DNA of 64,000 nucleotides, from assembly GCA_965655095.1 (NCBI GenBank), contig OZ296649.1, positions 36,518,001-36,582,000 on the forward strand, given 5' to 3'. Shown here piece by piece: positions 12,847 through 24,900 of this stretch. The number at the start of each line of letters is the position of its first letter. Position 1 is the first letter of the stretch. The notes under the pieces were generated by a model, which was not told the DNA's origin, did no database searches, and saw nothing but the letters and a program-made list of their open reading frames with translations. The stretch is from Haplodiscus bocki. Lineage: Eukaryota. The translations under genes were made by a program, and so were the position numbers.

Positions 12847-13191
12847 ATGTCTACAGCTTCCCAAACACAGAAAAACAAGGACAACTTATTCCTCACCCTG
12901 TCCCCGAGTTTAACCATATCGGTATCAACAACCAACCCGCTCAATATCAAGAACGTCCCTTCAAACGTTACAATTGAACTCGTAAAAGAAGAATATAGAC
13001 AAGTTGGATTACATAAACTATTGCTAAAGGCAGTCATCCATTTATCTTATGCTGAATTCCTTCAGCTTAAGTCGAGTACTGATTCCATTCACTCTTTTCT
13101 GAATTTCATAGGAAATCGTGTCAAATGCCCGCGTGAAGCAGCTGATGATAGACAACAACATCAAGCCTCTGAAACTTCCACCAACCCCTAA
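12847..13191 (+). CDS. Hypothetical Polinton protein
   Basis: 114-aa ATG ORF in the gene cluster; no motif recognised. Confidence 0.35.
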   Translation: MSTASQTQKNKDNLFLTLSPSLTISVSTTNPLNIKNVPSNVTIELVKEEYRQVGLHKLLLKAVIHLSYAEFLQLKSSTDSIHSFLNFIGNRVKCPREAADDRQQHQASETSTNP

Positions 13192-13375
13192 ACCTACAAT
13201 TCTATCTGGTAAAGAGGATCCCCGGCTGCCCAAGCAACGTTTCAACGTGCTAAAAGACAGAGACCACATTGTCGAAATTGTCGCTTTCCCGTACACACCT
13301 AGAGACCGGAAAAAGCAATATAGAGTAACTCTGAAACAGTGCGATGATTTCAATATTTGTATCGTTTACGTATAA
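13145..13375 (+). CDS. Hypothetical Polinton protein
   Basis: ORF MIDNNIKPLKLPP...YRVTLKQCDDFNICIVYV overlapping the previous ORF. Confidence 0.3.
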   Translation: MIDNNIKPLKLPPTPKPTILSGKEDPRLPKQRFNVLKDRDHIVEIVAFPYTPRDRKKQYRVTLKQCDDFNICIVYV

Positions 13376-13425
13376 AATATGTACAACTCTCAAATAATTT
13401 TTTTCAACCCAAAACAAACCTAGAA

Positions 13426-13702
13426 GTGGAAGACCAAGCAGTCGACTCCCGACGATATCGGAGTTGCACAATTCGTCTACGATGAAATTAACAGCGAACG
13501 TTCCTCGTGGAAGTTTTGTAACTCAACAACGTTAGCAAGATCTGAGTTTGTCTTTTTTTTCCAACCTGCAATTCTTGTGATACTCATCATCAGTAGTCTA
13601 GCAAAACTACTTTTCTACGAAGTATCTTTTGAAGAAATGCCAGTATGGGTGTCTCTTTTGTCAGCTGCGGGTGGTTATATACTTCCTAGCCCACATCTAT
13701 GA
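13426..13702 (+). pseudogene. Small two-TM membrane protein conserved upstream of the ATPase in Polintons
   Basis: RSEFVFFFQPAILVILIISSL...VWVSLLSAAGGYILPSPHL*. Its stop overlaps the ATPase start (ATGA). The 5' end appears frameshifted. Confidence 0.6.
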
Positions 13703-14361
13703 ACAAAATTATCTTCACTAACGATAGACTATTTATGTCTCTCGTTGGTCCTGGGGGCTCAGGTTAGACACGACTTATTTGTGCAATGTTAGCATGACCT
13801 ACAACATTTTATCCCAAGCTTCCAAAAAGCTAATCCAAAGAATATCAGTCATTATTCAAAGAAATAGCTGAAAAAATGAACATAGAGTTCGCACCATGTC
13901 TCGATTTCAAAATGATTAATAAACTTGAAAACTGTTTACTGGTTTTTGATAACTTTTGTGAAGAATTCTACCAGGAAAAAGAATTTGTTAAGATCGCCGT
14001 TGCCGGAAGACATAAAAAGATTCATTGCGTTTTCGTCGAACATAATTTGTTTCATCAGAGCAAGTGGTCGCGTACTATTCACCTCAATGCAACACACGTT
14101 GTCCTATTTAAGTCTCCACGTGATGTTCAGCAAAGTGATCACTTCGGTAGACAATTAAACAAGTCGGAGTTCATTCGAGATTGCTATGAAAAAGCTACTT
14201 CGTCTTCATATGATCATTTTTTGATTGATTTCGATCCAAAGACAAGTGAATCGTTGCGGTTCTGTTCCATTATTTCCGGGCCAGGTGCTACAATTTTCTA
14301 TCTACCTTCTTCGCTTGCAAAAGAGACCGCTTTGACAAATGAAGGAGAAAAACGCACCTAA
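13699..14361 (+). pseudogene. A32/FtsK-like genome packaging ATPase
   Basis: Walker A LVGPGGSG*T (K changed to stop), Walker B LLVFDN, and AGRHKKIHCVFVEHNLF...LNATHVVLFKSPRD. Confidence 0.92.
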
Positions 14362-14389
14362 ACTGAAGCACTGGCAAAACAAAAAGAAA

Positions 14390-14643
14390 AAAGAATTTTC
14401 AAAAGAATTTTATGTAACTCTAGCGCAGATGAAGTGAAGTTTCTCTTTGAATGTACCCTGAATATAATTAACGGAAATATCCCATTTAATGTCGATCGCT
14501 TACTCACCTATGTAAAAGAGCTGAAAGTATTATGCAATGCTAAGACAGGTGACAAGAAAAGACGAGGAATTCTTACCTCCAGCAAAGTAATCAAATTGAT
14601 GCAGGAGAGCAGTTGTCCTGTCTACTCATATATAACACCATGA
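14390..14643 (+). CDS. Small conserved Polinton protein (ECxxNxxxGNxP motif)
   Basis: FLFECTLNIINGNIP...ELKVLC...KKRRGIL, in the usual position just after the ATPase; start uncertain. Confidence 0.55.
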
Positions 14644-15200
14644 GCTCAAAAGAATTTTTTCTAATTCCTAAAGAAAACTATGTTGAAGAGCAACTTAGAT
14701 CATCGGAGGTTTTGTTCAATCCAACAATCAGTGAGAAAGGCAAACAACTGACGTTGCTACAGAGACAACAACCAACGGTAGGAAAAGAACACAACTCAAC
14801 TCTATCCCAAGTCGCGGAAAATCAGTTAGATATTGTGGAGAAAAGGGTGTTAAAATCATTACCGATGTTGAAGCCCGGACAGCTTGAAAAAACAAAGCCA
14901 ATCTTGAAAAAAAATTTCGAAGCCTCATGTAGGAGTTAACGAAGACGGATTTCTCACAGTAGATGATAGCGCAACCACGATTGAGGCTACTAATTTCCTT
15001 TATAACTTACAGCAAACAAAGAAAGGATTACACGACCCTGACTACAAACGTGTTTTAGAGAAGATCGATATTTCCCCGAGCTTGGTTGCTAATTCCGACG
15101 CAAAGAAAATACTCCAACCTACGCGAAGCAAAACAACAGTAAGACCTGAAATCAAAACGCCAGGGAAAGCCTGAAAGAAACAACGACTGGATGACAAGCA
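14640..15200 (+). pseudogene. Hypothetical Polinton protein preceding the integrase, frameshifted
   Basis: MSSKEFFLIPKENY... continues in another frame after the A-run at about 14910 (VNEDGFLTVD...NFLYNLQ). Confidence 0.45.
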
Positions 15201-15249
15201 GGTTGCAGAAGAGTCTCAAGCAGAAGAGATCTCAACGCGAGACTCTGAG

Positions 15250-16139
15250 AACTTAAGACTCGAGAAATTATTAAGAAAGGACAGGCTGAGTATGGAAGCG
15301 TTTCAAATCTGAAAAAAGCAATTTCCCTGTTTCGGGTGAAAGTTGAAACTTTCTTACAGAGTGAAAACTCACATACGAAGTACATAAAATACAGAAGACG
15401 TTTTCCCCATTTGAAAGTTATTGCTTACGATATCAATGAGATCTGATCTATTGATTTGGCTTATGTACACAAACTAGCTAAATACAACAATGGTGTTGAA
15501 TACCTTCTTGTCGCTGTTTATGTACTGTCACGAAAACTCACAGCTCAACCAATGCGAACTAAGGGTGCAGAGGAAACTGCTAAAACGTTTGGTCGCATGG
15601 TCACCAAAACAACCATTGAAAGTATCGTCTGATAAAGGAACCGAGTTCAAAGGGGCTTTCAAAAAGTTCTGTGAAAGGAAAGGCATTGACACTTACACCA
15701 CAAACAGTGAAGCGAAGTCGGCATTTCCAGAGCGGAATATTCGATCTCTCAAAAACACCATCTACAAATATTTGGAAAACAAATGGTCTTATGGCTACAT
15801 AAACGAATTGCAGTGTTTCGTTAACACAATCAATTCTCGAATCAATCGCGTAACAGGATTGGCACCGAACAAGGTCTCGGCGAAGCATGTAACAAACCTG
15901 GTTTCACAGATAGTCGAGTAAACTGGTCAGAAAACCAAGCTTGAAGCCTGGAGACAAAGTTCGAGTTTCGAAAGAAGATATACCGTTCAAAAAAAGGTAC
16001 AAACAACGCTTCACTGGCGAAGTCTTCCAGATTACCAAAGTTGCAACATTCAACCTACCCACTTATTTCCTGGTTGACTCTGAAGGAGAAGACATTCGAG
16101 GAAAGTTTTGACGAGCCGGAGTTGACAAAAACTCGGTAA
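15250..16139 (+). pseudogene. Retroviral-like DDE integrase (Polinton INT)
   Basis: EI*SIDLAYV, YLLVAVYVLSR, SDKGTEF, ERNIRSLK, INSRINRVTGLAP, KPGDKVRVSK...FTGEVFQI. Contains stops and frameshifts. Confidence 0.93.
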
Positions 16140-16140
16140 A

Positions 16141-17000
16141 ATGCATGAGTTTGACATAAATTTAAATCAACCGGTTCAATGGAAACTTTTCAACAAAACA
16201 CAATGGCATGCTTCTGCAGCATGCTCGCAGAACCTTTACAACTAGAAGGAGATTAGAGAGTGGCTTTGGCAGAAATAATTTCCCCAACAGGTATCAAGAA
16301 TGTTAACACCAAAGAGTACTTCGTATACACACCGAAAACTCCATTCAATAGTTCACCATCAGCAGGCAAGACAAACTCAGGAGGCGTTATGGTGGAACTG
16401 GAAGATTGCTCAAACAATGCAACTTTTCCTGATGGTGAACACAAAACTGTCAAGGATGTTGTCACGCCTTTACCTGTCGCGGTTGCTGAAAGCACGAGGC
16501 TCATTGTTACTTCAAGCACTGAAGAAGACAGTGTAGAGTTCAATTTTGCAGATGGTTATGGAATAGGTCTTCATGACAGAAGTCTATTCGATTTATTAGG
16601 GTTCAAGGGAGTGCTGCATCTCAACCGAGGTGGGTATTTTATTGGTAACAATAACAAAGTGAAGACGCAAACACAACCAATCAAGGGGGATTATCCGGCA
16701 GATCTTACAGCAGGAACCAACATTTTCTTTATTAACTGAGATATCATTGAACACCAGCAAATAGCTGGAGTTAAAGCACCTTTTCTCTGTGTCATTGATA
16801 CAGAAAGACGCCTTACAAACGGTAACCTACAAATCACCTCTGCAACGAAACATAAATCGTTTCTGGAATTGCTGTTTAAAAAGCTAGTTTTGGATACAAT
16901 CCGGGAAATATTTTTTGAATTAGTTGCGGTATCTGAAGATTACGTCCCATTTGTTGGAACCGGTCGTGTTGCGATAACATTAAAGTTTCGCAAGTTCTAA
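16141..17000 (+). pseudogene. Minor capsid protein (penton-like)
   Basis: LAEPLQLEGD*RVALAEIISP, FFIN*DIIEHQQIAGVKAPFL and C-terminal VPFVGTGRVAITLKFRKF are Polinton penton signatures. Confidence 0.8.
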
Positions 17001-17002
17001 AA

Positions 17003-17356
17003 ATGCAGTCGTATTTTTCCCGGCAAGCTGTCATGCCTCACTTTTCGGGTCACACAAGAGAGAGGAAGCGGTTTAGGATCCTTAGCCGCTGGAGTTGGAC
17101 GGGCCGCGTTACTTTTCGCAAAAAAAGTACTTTTACCAGCTGTCAAATCGATGGGGAAGGAGTTTTTAGTTCAAAGCTTAACAGAATTGATGGATGTTGC
17201 CACGAAAAAAGTCTCCAAATCAGCTGTGAAAAGCACAGTGGTAAAAAACAAATTGGAGTAAGTGCATCAATCAAGCAGAGTAAAGCTGTGAAAAGAAGCA
17301 GTCGACGAAAAAAGAAGTTAGAGAAGTCGGTCAAGTTTCTTTTCACGAGTAAAAAA
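17003..17356 (+). pseudogene. Basic core/pX-like virion protein, frameshifted
   Basis: MQSYFSRQ...FSG...RGSGLGSLAAGVGR...LLPAVKSMGKE. Glycine-rich protease-site-like motif and basic tail, located between penton and MCP. Confidence 0.6.
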
Positions 17357-18663
17357 ATGATACCTAACGTATTACCTGTTGAAGCATCACAAAGTTCATT
17401 GGATATTTTCGAGCGTCCCCCTCTCTTGATTACTTTCGATACATCTTTAGAGCAGAAAATTGGTCCAGTATATGCTCCAAATGGACCCACACTGGAGTTT
17501 GAAGTAGTTGGAGATCGAACCATTTTCATCGATTTGCAAAACATCTATCTCGAAGTAAAATGTAGGATTCTCAGACCTAATGCTAACAAACTGGAATACG
17601 ATGCAGGTAATGCTGAGGCAACTGATGCACCATTCTTTGTTAATAAGACTCTACATTCTCTTTTCTCTGGGTGCAGTATTACTGCGAATGGCATCAAAGT
17701 TTCTTCTAATGGCAATTACGCTCAAAAAACTTTCATTGAAACAGAATTCTCACGCAACAAAGAAGCAAAAGATACTTGGTTGAAATGTCAGGGATGTTTA
17801 TTTTAACAGCAACCTGATGACTTTACCAAAACAGCTTTCACTACAAGGACAGCTTGTAAACTCGGGAGTCCGCAGAGATATCTTTCATTGGAAAAATTGC
17901 GTCGGACTTTTTCTCTTGTGATAAACACCTGATAGGTCGAGTTACACTGAGAATTTCGTTCCCCAGAAACCGACCTGAATATGCACATAATTTACGGTGA
18001 TGAAGAAGATTCTAAAATCGAGATTTTACAAGCCATTTTATACGTTCGAAAAATGACAGTAAGTTTTACTCGGCTATTGAGACTACATTAACCAAAGCCC
18101 CTGCTCTATACCGTTATACTGAGATCATACCCAAAACGTTTCTCCTTTCCACAGGGGTGCAGAGTTGGAGTCACGAAGATGTATTCACCAGGGAGCCCAT
18201 TCGAAGGTTTGCAATAGCTATGGCAACAAACGAGGCCTTTCTGGGAGCCAAGCGCGTAAATCCTTTCCTCGTCGAAAAATTCAATCTCAAAAGCGTTACA
18301 GTTTATCGTAACGGTTATCCTGTTGCCGAACTCCACTCCAAACAGAGAATGATAAAAAAACTCGACCTTAATTCGCTCGAAGCTCTAGTTTTCGGACAAC
18401 ATGGTTATGTAATTTCTTACAACGACTATGCTAGTCACTGTTTTAGTGTTCGACCTAACCAGCACACAACAAGCACCGCATGATTATCTGTACCCAGAGC
18501 TGACAAATGGATCCATTTCTATTAGCTTAAGGTTTTCAGCACAACTAACAAACAGTGTAGAAGTGTTTTTGCTAGGTGACGGTCTTCTACTATTTACATC
18601 GACTCCTCTCGGAAGGTTTCCAAGAATGTTTTCTTGAACAAAAAGCTGGAAACCAAGCGTTGA
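17357..18663 (+). pseudogene. Double jelly-roll major capsid protein (hexon-like)
   Basis: SSLDIFERPP...LEFEVVG...FIDLQNIYLEVKCRI...LHSLFS...NYAQKTFIET, then PIRRFAIAM...NPF...FNLKSV, FDLT, and GSISISLRFS. Frameshifted. Confidence 0.9.
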
Positions 18664-19085
18664 TGGATAGTACCGCACTTTTACTACAGACTACGAAGTG
18701 TAGGTACCTGAGACAGAGACTCGTGGGGGTATTCTCTGCAGATACATTTCCTATACCACTCAACGACAACACTTTCATTATTGTTAGCTCCGAAAGTTCT
18801 GATGAGTAAGGGAAGCATTGGCTCTTGATATGCAACAAAGGCGGAATCTACCTATTCGGTGACCCTTTAGGCTTAGGCCTGGATGCCTACAAGAATCTTA
18901 ATAAGCGCTTAGCCTATGCAGATTTCAGTTGTCAAGAACTAATTCAAAAACCACTTCAACCGCCTACATTGAACTTATATGGACGTTATTATATATAAAT
19001 TGCTCATTGTGTTTTCAGTGGTTACTACCCTGTAATAACGCTAATCGAGGATGAACACTTATTAGGAATTTTAAAACATTTATAG
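18663..19085 (+). pseudogene. Adenain-like (C5) cysteine maturation protease
   Basis: GVFSADT...GKHWLL...FGDPLG...LQP..LNLYG. His and Asp are retained; the catalytic Cys reads Tyr; internal stops. Confidence 0.85.
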
Positions 19086-19781
19086 AAATTATAATTATCT
19101 TCGCTCACGTTAAAGTTACCCAGTTTTCAATCTTTTTTTTAAGACAGGATGAATCAAAATGAAAAGCTAGAAACTCATTGTTTATAGTACCAAAGCCAAA
19201 AATAGAAATATCAACAATTCTATAAAATGAGGCTGCATGATGACCATCAAGTATCAGGTTTAGTCTACTGAGAAAAACTGGAGACAACTCGCTGGTTTGC
19301 GCTGGTTTTTCGTTTCTTTTTCTCACTACGGGGACTCGTTTACGTATTCGTTTCGTGTTTCTGAAGAATGGGCTCCTGTTGTCCGGATTCTTGTTATGAT
19401 ACAGCTCGATTAAATTTTTCAATTGTATCACCGTTCGATTTTAAATAACTAGTCATAGTGTATCTGGAACGAGAAAGTTGAATATAAACATGGCACAGCG
19501 TACCCTCTTCCCCGTATTTGAAATTTGGAGCTTGATTCCAGAAGATGATATTGTTCATGCTCAATGTCACACTATTCGCTTTCTTCAGAGTGCAAACCCA
19601 AAGCATAACAGATGTCGTTTTCGAAATCTTTCCCCACACGCGGTTCTTCCGAACAAATATGATTACGAAAGTTTTTCCGAAACTTCATGAAAAATTCAGC
19701 GTTTTTTCGTACATAGCCTCAACCAGTTTCGGAAACTGAAAAAAAAACTAATTCTCATTTGGTAGTATTCAGGGAACGGAC

Positions 19782-20219
19782 TTACGGTTTCAAAAAAATG
19801 ATCTTGGCATTGAAGAATGAATTGATGAAAGAAGTTAAATGTTCACAGGCAGAAACGTTTAAATGAAATATTATATTGAGTTTGCCAGAAGAACATAATC
19901 TGGGCATTTTAGAGAATTGTTTGTTAGATGGCTTCTCTCGCTTGATAGTTGGCCTTAGATCCTCCTCTTCGGCTCCTGGTTGCATTCCAGTATTCTCTTT
20001 ATTGTTAGTCAACTGATGAAACTCAGAAGCAGTGAGTGTAAGTTGTTGATCCACATAATGCTCATTATCAACTCTTTTGAAAAATTTGAGAAACAAGTAG
20101 GTCCCCGTGTTGGAATAAGTTTTCGTTGTATTTCGTATGAGACGCCTCTCTGTTCTCGAAATATCGACGTAGCTATCCCCGAAATCTTTATCAGTAGTGG
20201 CAGAGAATGGACGTTTCAT
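19782..20219 (-). CDS. Possible PC4-like ssDNA-binding protein
   Basis: VDISRTERRLIRNTTKTY..TYLFLKFFK...QQLTLTASEFHQL resembles the PC4 strand/helix pattern. Confidence 0.4.
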   Translation of the reverse strand: MKRPFSATTDKDFGDSYVDISRTERRLIRNTTKTYSNTGTYLFLKFFKRVDNEHYVDQQLTLTASEFHQLTNNKENTGMQPGAEEEDLRPTIKREKPSNKQFSKMPRLCSSGKLNIIFHLNVSACEHLTSFINSFFNAKIIFLKP

Positions 20220-20903
20220 TTTTTTGAGCAGTTGGGCAAATTGGAGCAGGAAACTGTTTTCCAGGGAACGTGAGAAGTTGAATGACACAAACTGTTAAGA
20301 TAAAACCAGACAGAGAATGGTTGATGAATAGGGCTTGAACTTTAATGTTAGAAAGGAACCGTTATTTTGTTTACAAGCAAAAATAATAACTGGCAAACAA
20401 AATTGAAAAAGATTAGGTCAAAATACTTTGAAAATAGGAACGTGCAGGGACTTGTTTTACTACTTGTAAACAAATTTCATCTTTCGCCTTCACAAAAACC
20501 TTGATTATGAATAAATGACTAGATCAGGACCATTAATCGTTTTACGACAGGTAAACAAATCTACAACCACTTAAACCTGGAAGTTCTGAACAATACATGT
20601 GAACAAAATGTCTAATGTCTAGACATTACATTTAAACAAAAAACCCATTTCATTTTGTCACCATTCTAATTTTCCTTTCTCGATAACTAGTTAAATTTCA
20701 ATAAATCGTCAAATTAACAACTGGGTGCCTCTATAATTTTTTTTTCTTCTTACAGTGACTTCACACTTTCGATATTCGAAATCTAACTTCAAATGTATAA
20801 GATTGTTTACAGTTATTATTCATAGAATGTAACTAGAGGTTCAAACCTTCAGTAGTTTTTTTGTTCCTATCCTTATACTTCTCACGAAACTTGGTTTAAT
20901 AAA

Positions 20904-21434
20904 TTGGTGGCCATTGTCAGAGAAGAGAAATCGGTTGACAAATGGAGCGGCAAAAACTCAATATCCGTACCTAAAGCCATATTTTATTTGTTGAAGAGCA
21001 AGAGCGTTCCACCAAACATTGTCAGCAGTTTGGGAAATGTGGGCCTTGCAGAGCAAGATTTTCATGTGCGTACAAATATTGACCGTTTCGAATTACCTGT
21101 TAGTGTTCGCGAAGTCCTATTCCGTTTCGATTGTGAAGACATACCCTTATCCGAGAACCAGTTGGGTTATATGTCCGACTTAGAAACGTTAGAATGGTAT
21201 TGGGAGACAGTTAGCAACCCGCAATCTTCACGTCTCAAAGAAGAATCTCCATTTTCAACACACCCATATCAAGATAGTAATGAGGACAGTACAGAATTCA
21301 GTCATCTTGAAACTCCTGTGAAATCAAGGCCTTGCTACTCTAGTGAATGTCCTCCAGGGCCAAAAAAGAAGAACTTAGAAAACCGTCCCACATTTTCACC
21401 AGAAGTAAAGACAGTATATCTTTCAGAACTCTGA
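20904..21434 (+). CDS. Hypothetical Polinton protein
   Basis: 176-aa open frame upstream of pPolB; start uncertain; no motif recognised. Confidence 0.4.
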   Translation: MVAIVREEKSVDKWSGKNSISVPKAIFYLLKSKSVPPNIVSSLGNVGLAEQDFHVRTNIDRFELPVSVREVLFRFDCEDIPLSENQLGYMSDLETLEWYWETVSNPQSSRLKEESPFSTHPYQDSNEDSTEFSHLETPVKSRPCYSSECPPGPKKKNLENRPTFSPEVKTVYLSEL

Positions 21435-21986
21435 ATTATTTTTTATTTGATAGAAACCTTCATGATTGTCTTTTACATTTTCCGATATTCAACAAGATAA
21501 TATTTTCTATACATTTTTTAAATTCGTCAGCTAGATTAAATTCCATTTTGGGGATTAATATTTGAGGATAATAAAAACAATTTGTCTCTCCTCCGCTAAA
21601 ACAAAAGAAAATGCAACTACTCATGCATAATTTACAGTAAGCGGATGGCAGTAAAATCAGAATAAACAAACTTCAAAGAAATCGCTCGTGTGAAACTAGT
21701 CATATATGAGATGCAGAGTAGTAAAAGTGGTGATAAGAGAACAAAAGCCATCAGCAAAAGTTTGTTTTTGAACAAACAAAAGAACGAGAAGTAATTTTTT
21801 CCAGATCAAGACGAAAGACATTGTCATAAACACTCAGAATTTCTTCGAAAGTCCCGCATTTGATGATTTGACCTACTTTCAGCCTGCAGCCTTAGTCAAC
21901 AAAACAGAGATCGTAAACAAAATGGGAGAACATTATTGCTTTCTCAAATTTTCAAATTCAGTTCATTAAACTCAGCAGCGGAAAAT

Positions 21987-24900
21987 ATGATAAACTGTGT
22001 TATTTGCAGCAAAACATTTGCGAACAAGCAGAACGTATATTGGCATCTTCGCAATATTCATAACATGGAAACGTCGATGTCAGAGCAGAGAAACTGCACG
22101 GAATGTCTTTTCAAAAGTTACTCTTTGGCAGTAATGAAAAAACAATTCAAAAAACGTGGTATAACAAAACAGAAGCTCTGCATTTACTGCAACAGTCTCT
22201 TCTTTGATACAAAAATTTTCAATAAAAACTTATATGAAGTTCATTCGTTGCCTCCAGTTACACAAACCCAAAATTCGGAACGCAAACCACCTAGAGCATC
22301 TGCTTTTGGTGGTACAGTGCAAACGTACTTGTTAGAAGCAAACGGTGATCATGATTTCCTACAGTTCATGGTAGACCGAACGCAAATTATTGATGAGATT
22401 ATGGAAGAAGCCGTTCAAGCCGAACCGAAAAAAGTGCAGCTGTCAGGAAGAGTAAACGTGGAAAAACCTGCCTTAGAAGATGAAGATGCTACTGATCTCA
22501 CGATTCACGTGAACTCCAAAATGGAAACAGTCTATCTCGGTGAGAGACTCACAGAGGACGCTTTTTTTCACGATTTTGGATCAAATGTTATCGAGTCTGT
22601 TCAGTTTTACTGCCCACGGAAGTGGGTGGATGCTGAAAGATATCAATGGTCTTTACGTTAAACTAGTTTCGTACGTCCCCATTCGAGGTTCATCCTACCT
22701 TGGATTGCCAACTGACCTTCAAAGTATGAATTGCCTGTTGAACATAAGGAATCGGGAGGATAACAACTGCTTCCTCTATTATTGCGTGCTCGCGTGGCAT
22801 TTTACGTATGGTCAGAGTCTGTATGAAAATGTTGGTTGGCGAATGAGAACGAACCCAGAAACATATAGTCCATCTAATCCAATGACACATCAATCAGTTG
22901 GCGATTTCGAAATGCCGATGGCTTTCAACCAAATTCTAAGGTTTGAAAACCTGAACAAAGTTCAAGTTAATGTACTCCGTTACCAAAGGAAAGATCTCAT
23001 TCCACTGCAAATATCAAAACGACAGGAATTGCCATTCATCTTAGACCTTCTTCTTCTTAGCGATGGTCAAGCTTACCATTATGTTTTGATCGAAGACTTG
23101 AAAATTTTGATCAGCAACTTGAAGCAACAAGTTCCACGATCCAGTTGCAAAATATGCCGTAACTGCGTTCGTGTTTGCTATACAGCTGAAATTTACGAAA
23201 GACATATTGAGAGTTGCATGCAAAACGAAGCAGCCCCTGTTTAACTACCAGATGAAACGAAAAACGACTTAGTTTCAAAATTACCAGTCCAGGTGGTTCG
23301 CACTTGATGTTATGTATTTTGACTTTGAGTGGCTCATCAGACCTCTAGCAACCTGTTCCAACACTTCTGGTAGAAGTTCAAGCGAGATTATAGAGACATG
23401 AGTCTTGTGGATTTTGTTGGGTTGTTATCGAGCACAACAACCCGGAACCTGTCTTTTACAAATTGGAAATATCGTCTAATTGTATGCAAAGGTTCGTCGT
23501 AAACTTACAAAAACTTGCAAAAGATATTTATGAATTGAAGCAGTTATATCGAGATTGCACAGGATCACCTCAGTTGCCTTCCGATCAATGTTGGATATGT
23601 GAAAGAGATTTAGCTGAAAGCGAAAGAGTTTTAGATCACTGTCATGCCAGCGGAAAGTTCTTGGGTTTCGCACACAGTGGATGCAACCTTAAACGACGCA
23701 CAGTAAACTACATTCCGATATTCGCTCATAATGTTTCGAATTATGATTTACATTTTATTTGCAAAAATCTAAAACCTTTTCCCAGAAGACAGTAAAATTC
23801 AAGTCATTCCTATAACCGATGAAAAATACATTTGCTTTCGCTTGGTATTAGAGTTGCGCCTTACACCGACCGTCGAGGAGTTGAAAAACATGTCTATGAT
23901 TATTTACGTTTCGTCGACTCCTTTATATTTATGGCCTCGTCTCTGGACAAACTTGTGAGTTACTTACCTGCAGAGAACTTCAGTTTTTTGGATAACCACT
24001 TTCCTCAACATTGTTGGGAAGAGTTGCAACTACTCCATCAAAAGGGATTTTACCCCTACTCTTATTTCGATTCACATGAGAAATTTCAGGAAAAATCCTT
24101 GCCCAGTATAGAAAAATGGACGAACTCTCTCCAAGGTCAGGTGTCAATTAGTTCAGAGAACTTTCAACATGCTGTAAAAGTTATCCAAAGGTTTTGGTGC
24201 GAAAACCTCGGTAGTAACCACGACCTTTACCTAACAACGGACACTTTGCTACTTGCATGTGTGGTCGACCAGTTTCGAAAAGTTACGTACTCTACTTACG
24301 GATTAGATAGTGCTAACTATTACACGTGTTCTCATCTTTCTGGCGATGTTTTCCTAAAAGTTAGTAAAGCAAGACTGGAATTGCTTACGGACCGTAGTCA
24401 TTTGGAGATGGCTGAAAATTTGATCAGATGGGGTGTCTCCTCAGTGTTTTCAAAGCGTTTGGCAACGATGAAAAACAAGTACCTGGAAGGATTTGACGAG
24501 GCAAAAGCAAGAACATATGGTTTCCTCGTGGATACAAACCATCTTTATGGTGGAATCGTGCAAAAATTTCCACTGCCTTTGAGCGAGTTTGAGATCGTGG
24601 ATGTTGAACTTAGCACAATTCTCAATACCGCAAACGACTCGGAACTTGGCTTCGTATTAGAAGTCGACTTGGACTATCCTGATGCCCTCCACAATATGCA
24701 CAAAGACTTTCCACCGGCTCCAACGAAAAAGAAAATTGATCGCAATATGTTGTCCGAGTATCAGATGGGTCTATTGAATCAAGCATGCAATAGACGTGTT
24801 ACCCCGCCAAAGCTCGTACAGACGTTATTCGCGAAGAAAAATTACACCGTTCATTGCATTACCCTAAAGCTCTACGTGGATCTCGGTCTCAAAGTTACTA

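Noticed and set aside
19105-19739. Short ORFs between the protease and the PC4-like gene
   Set aside because: Probably decayed minus-strand accessory genes, but no frame or product can be supported.
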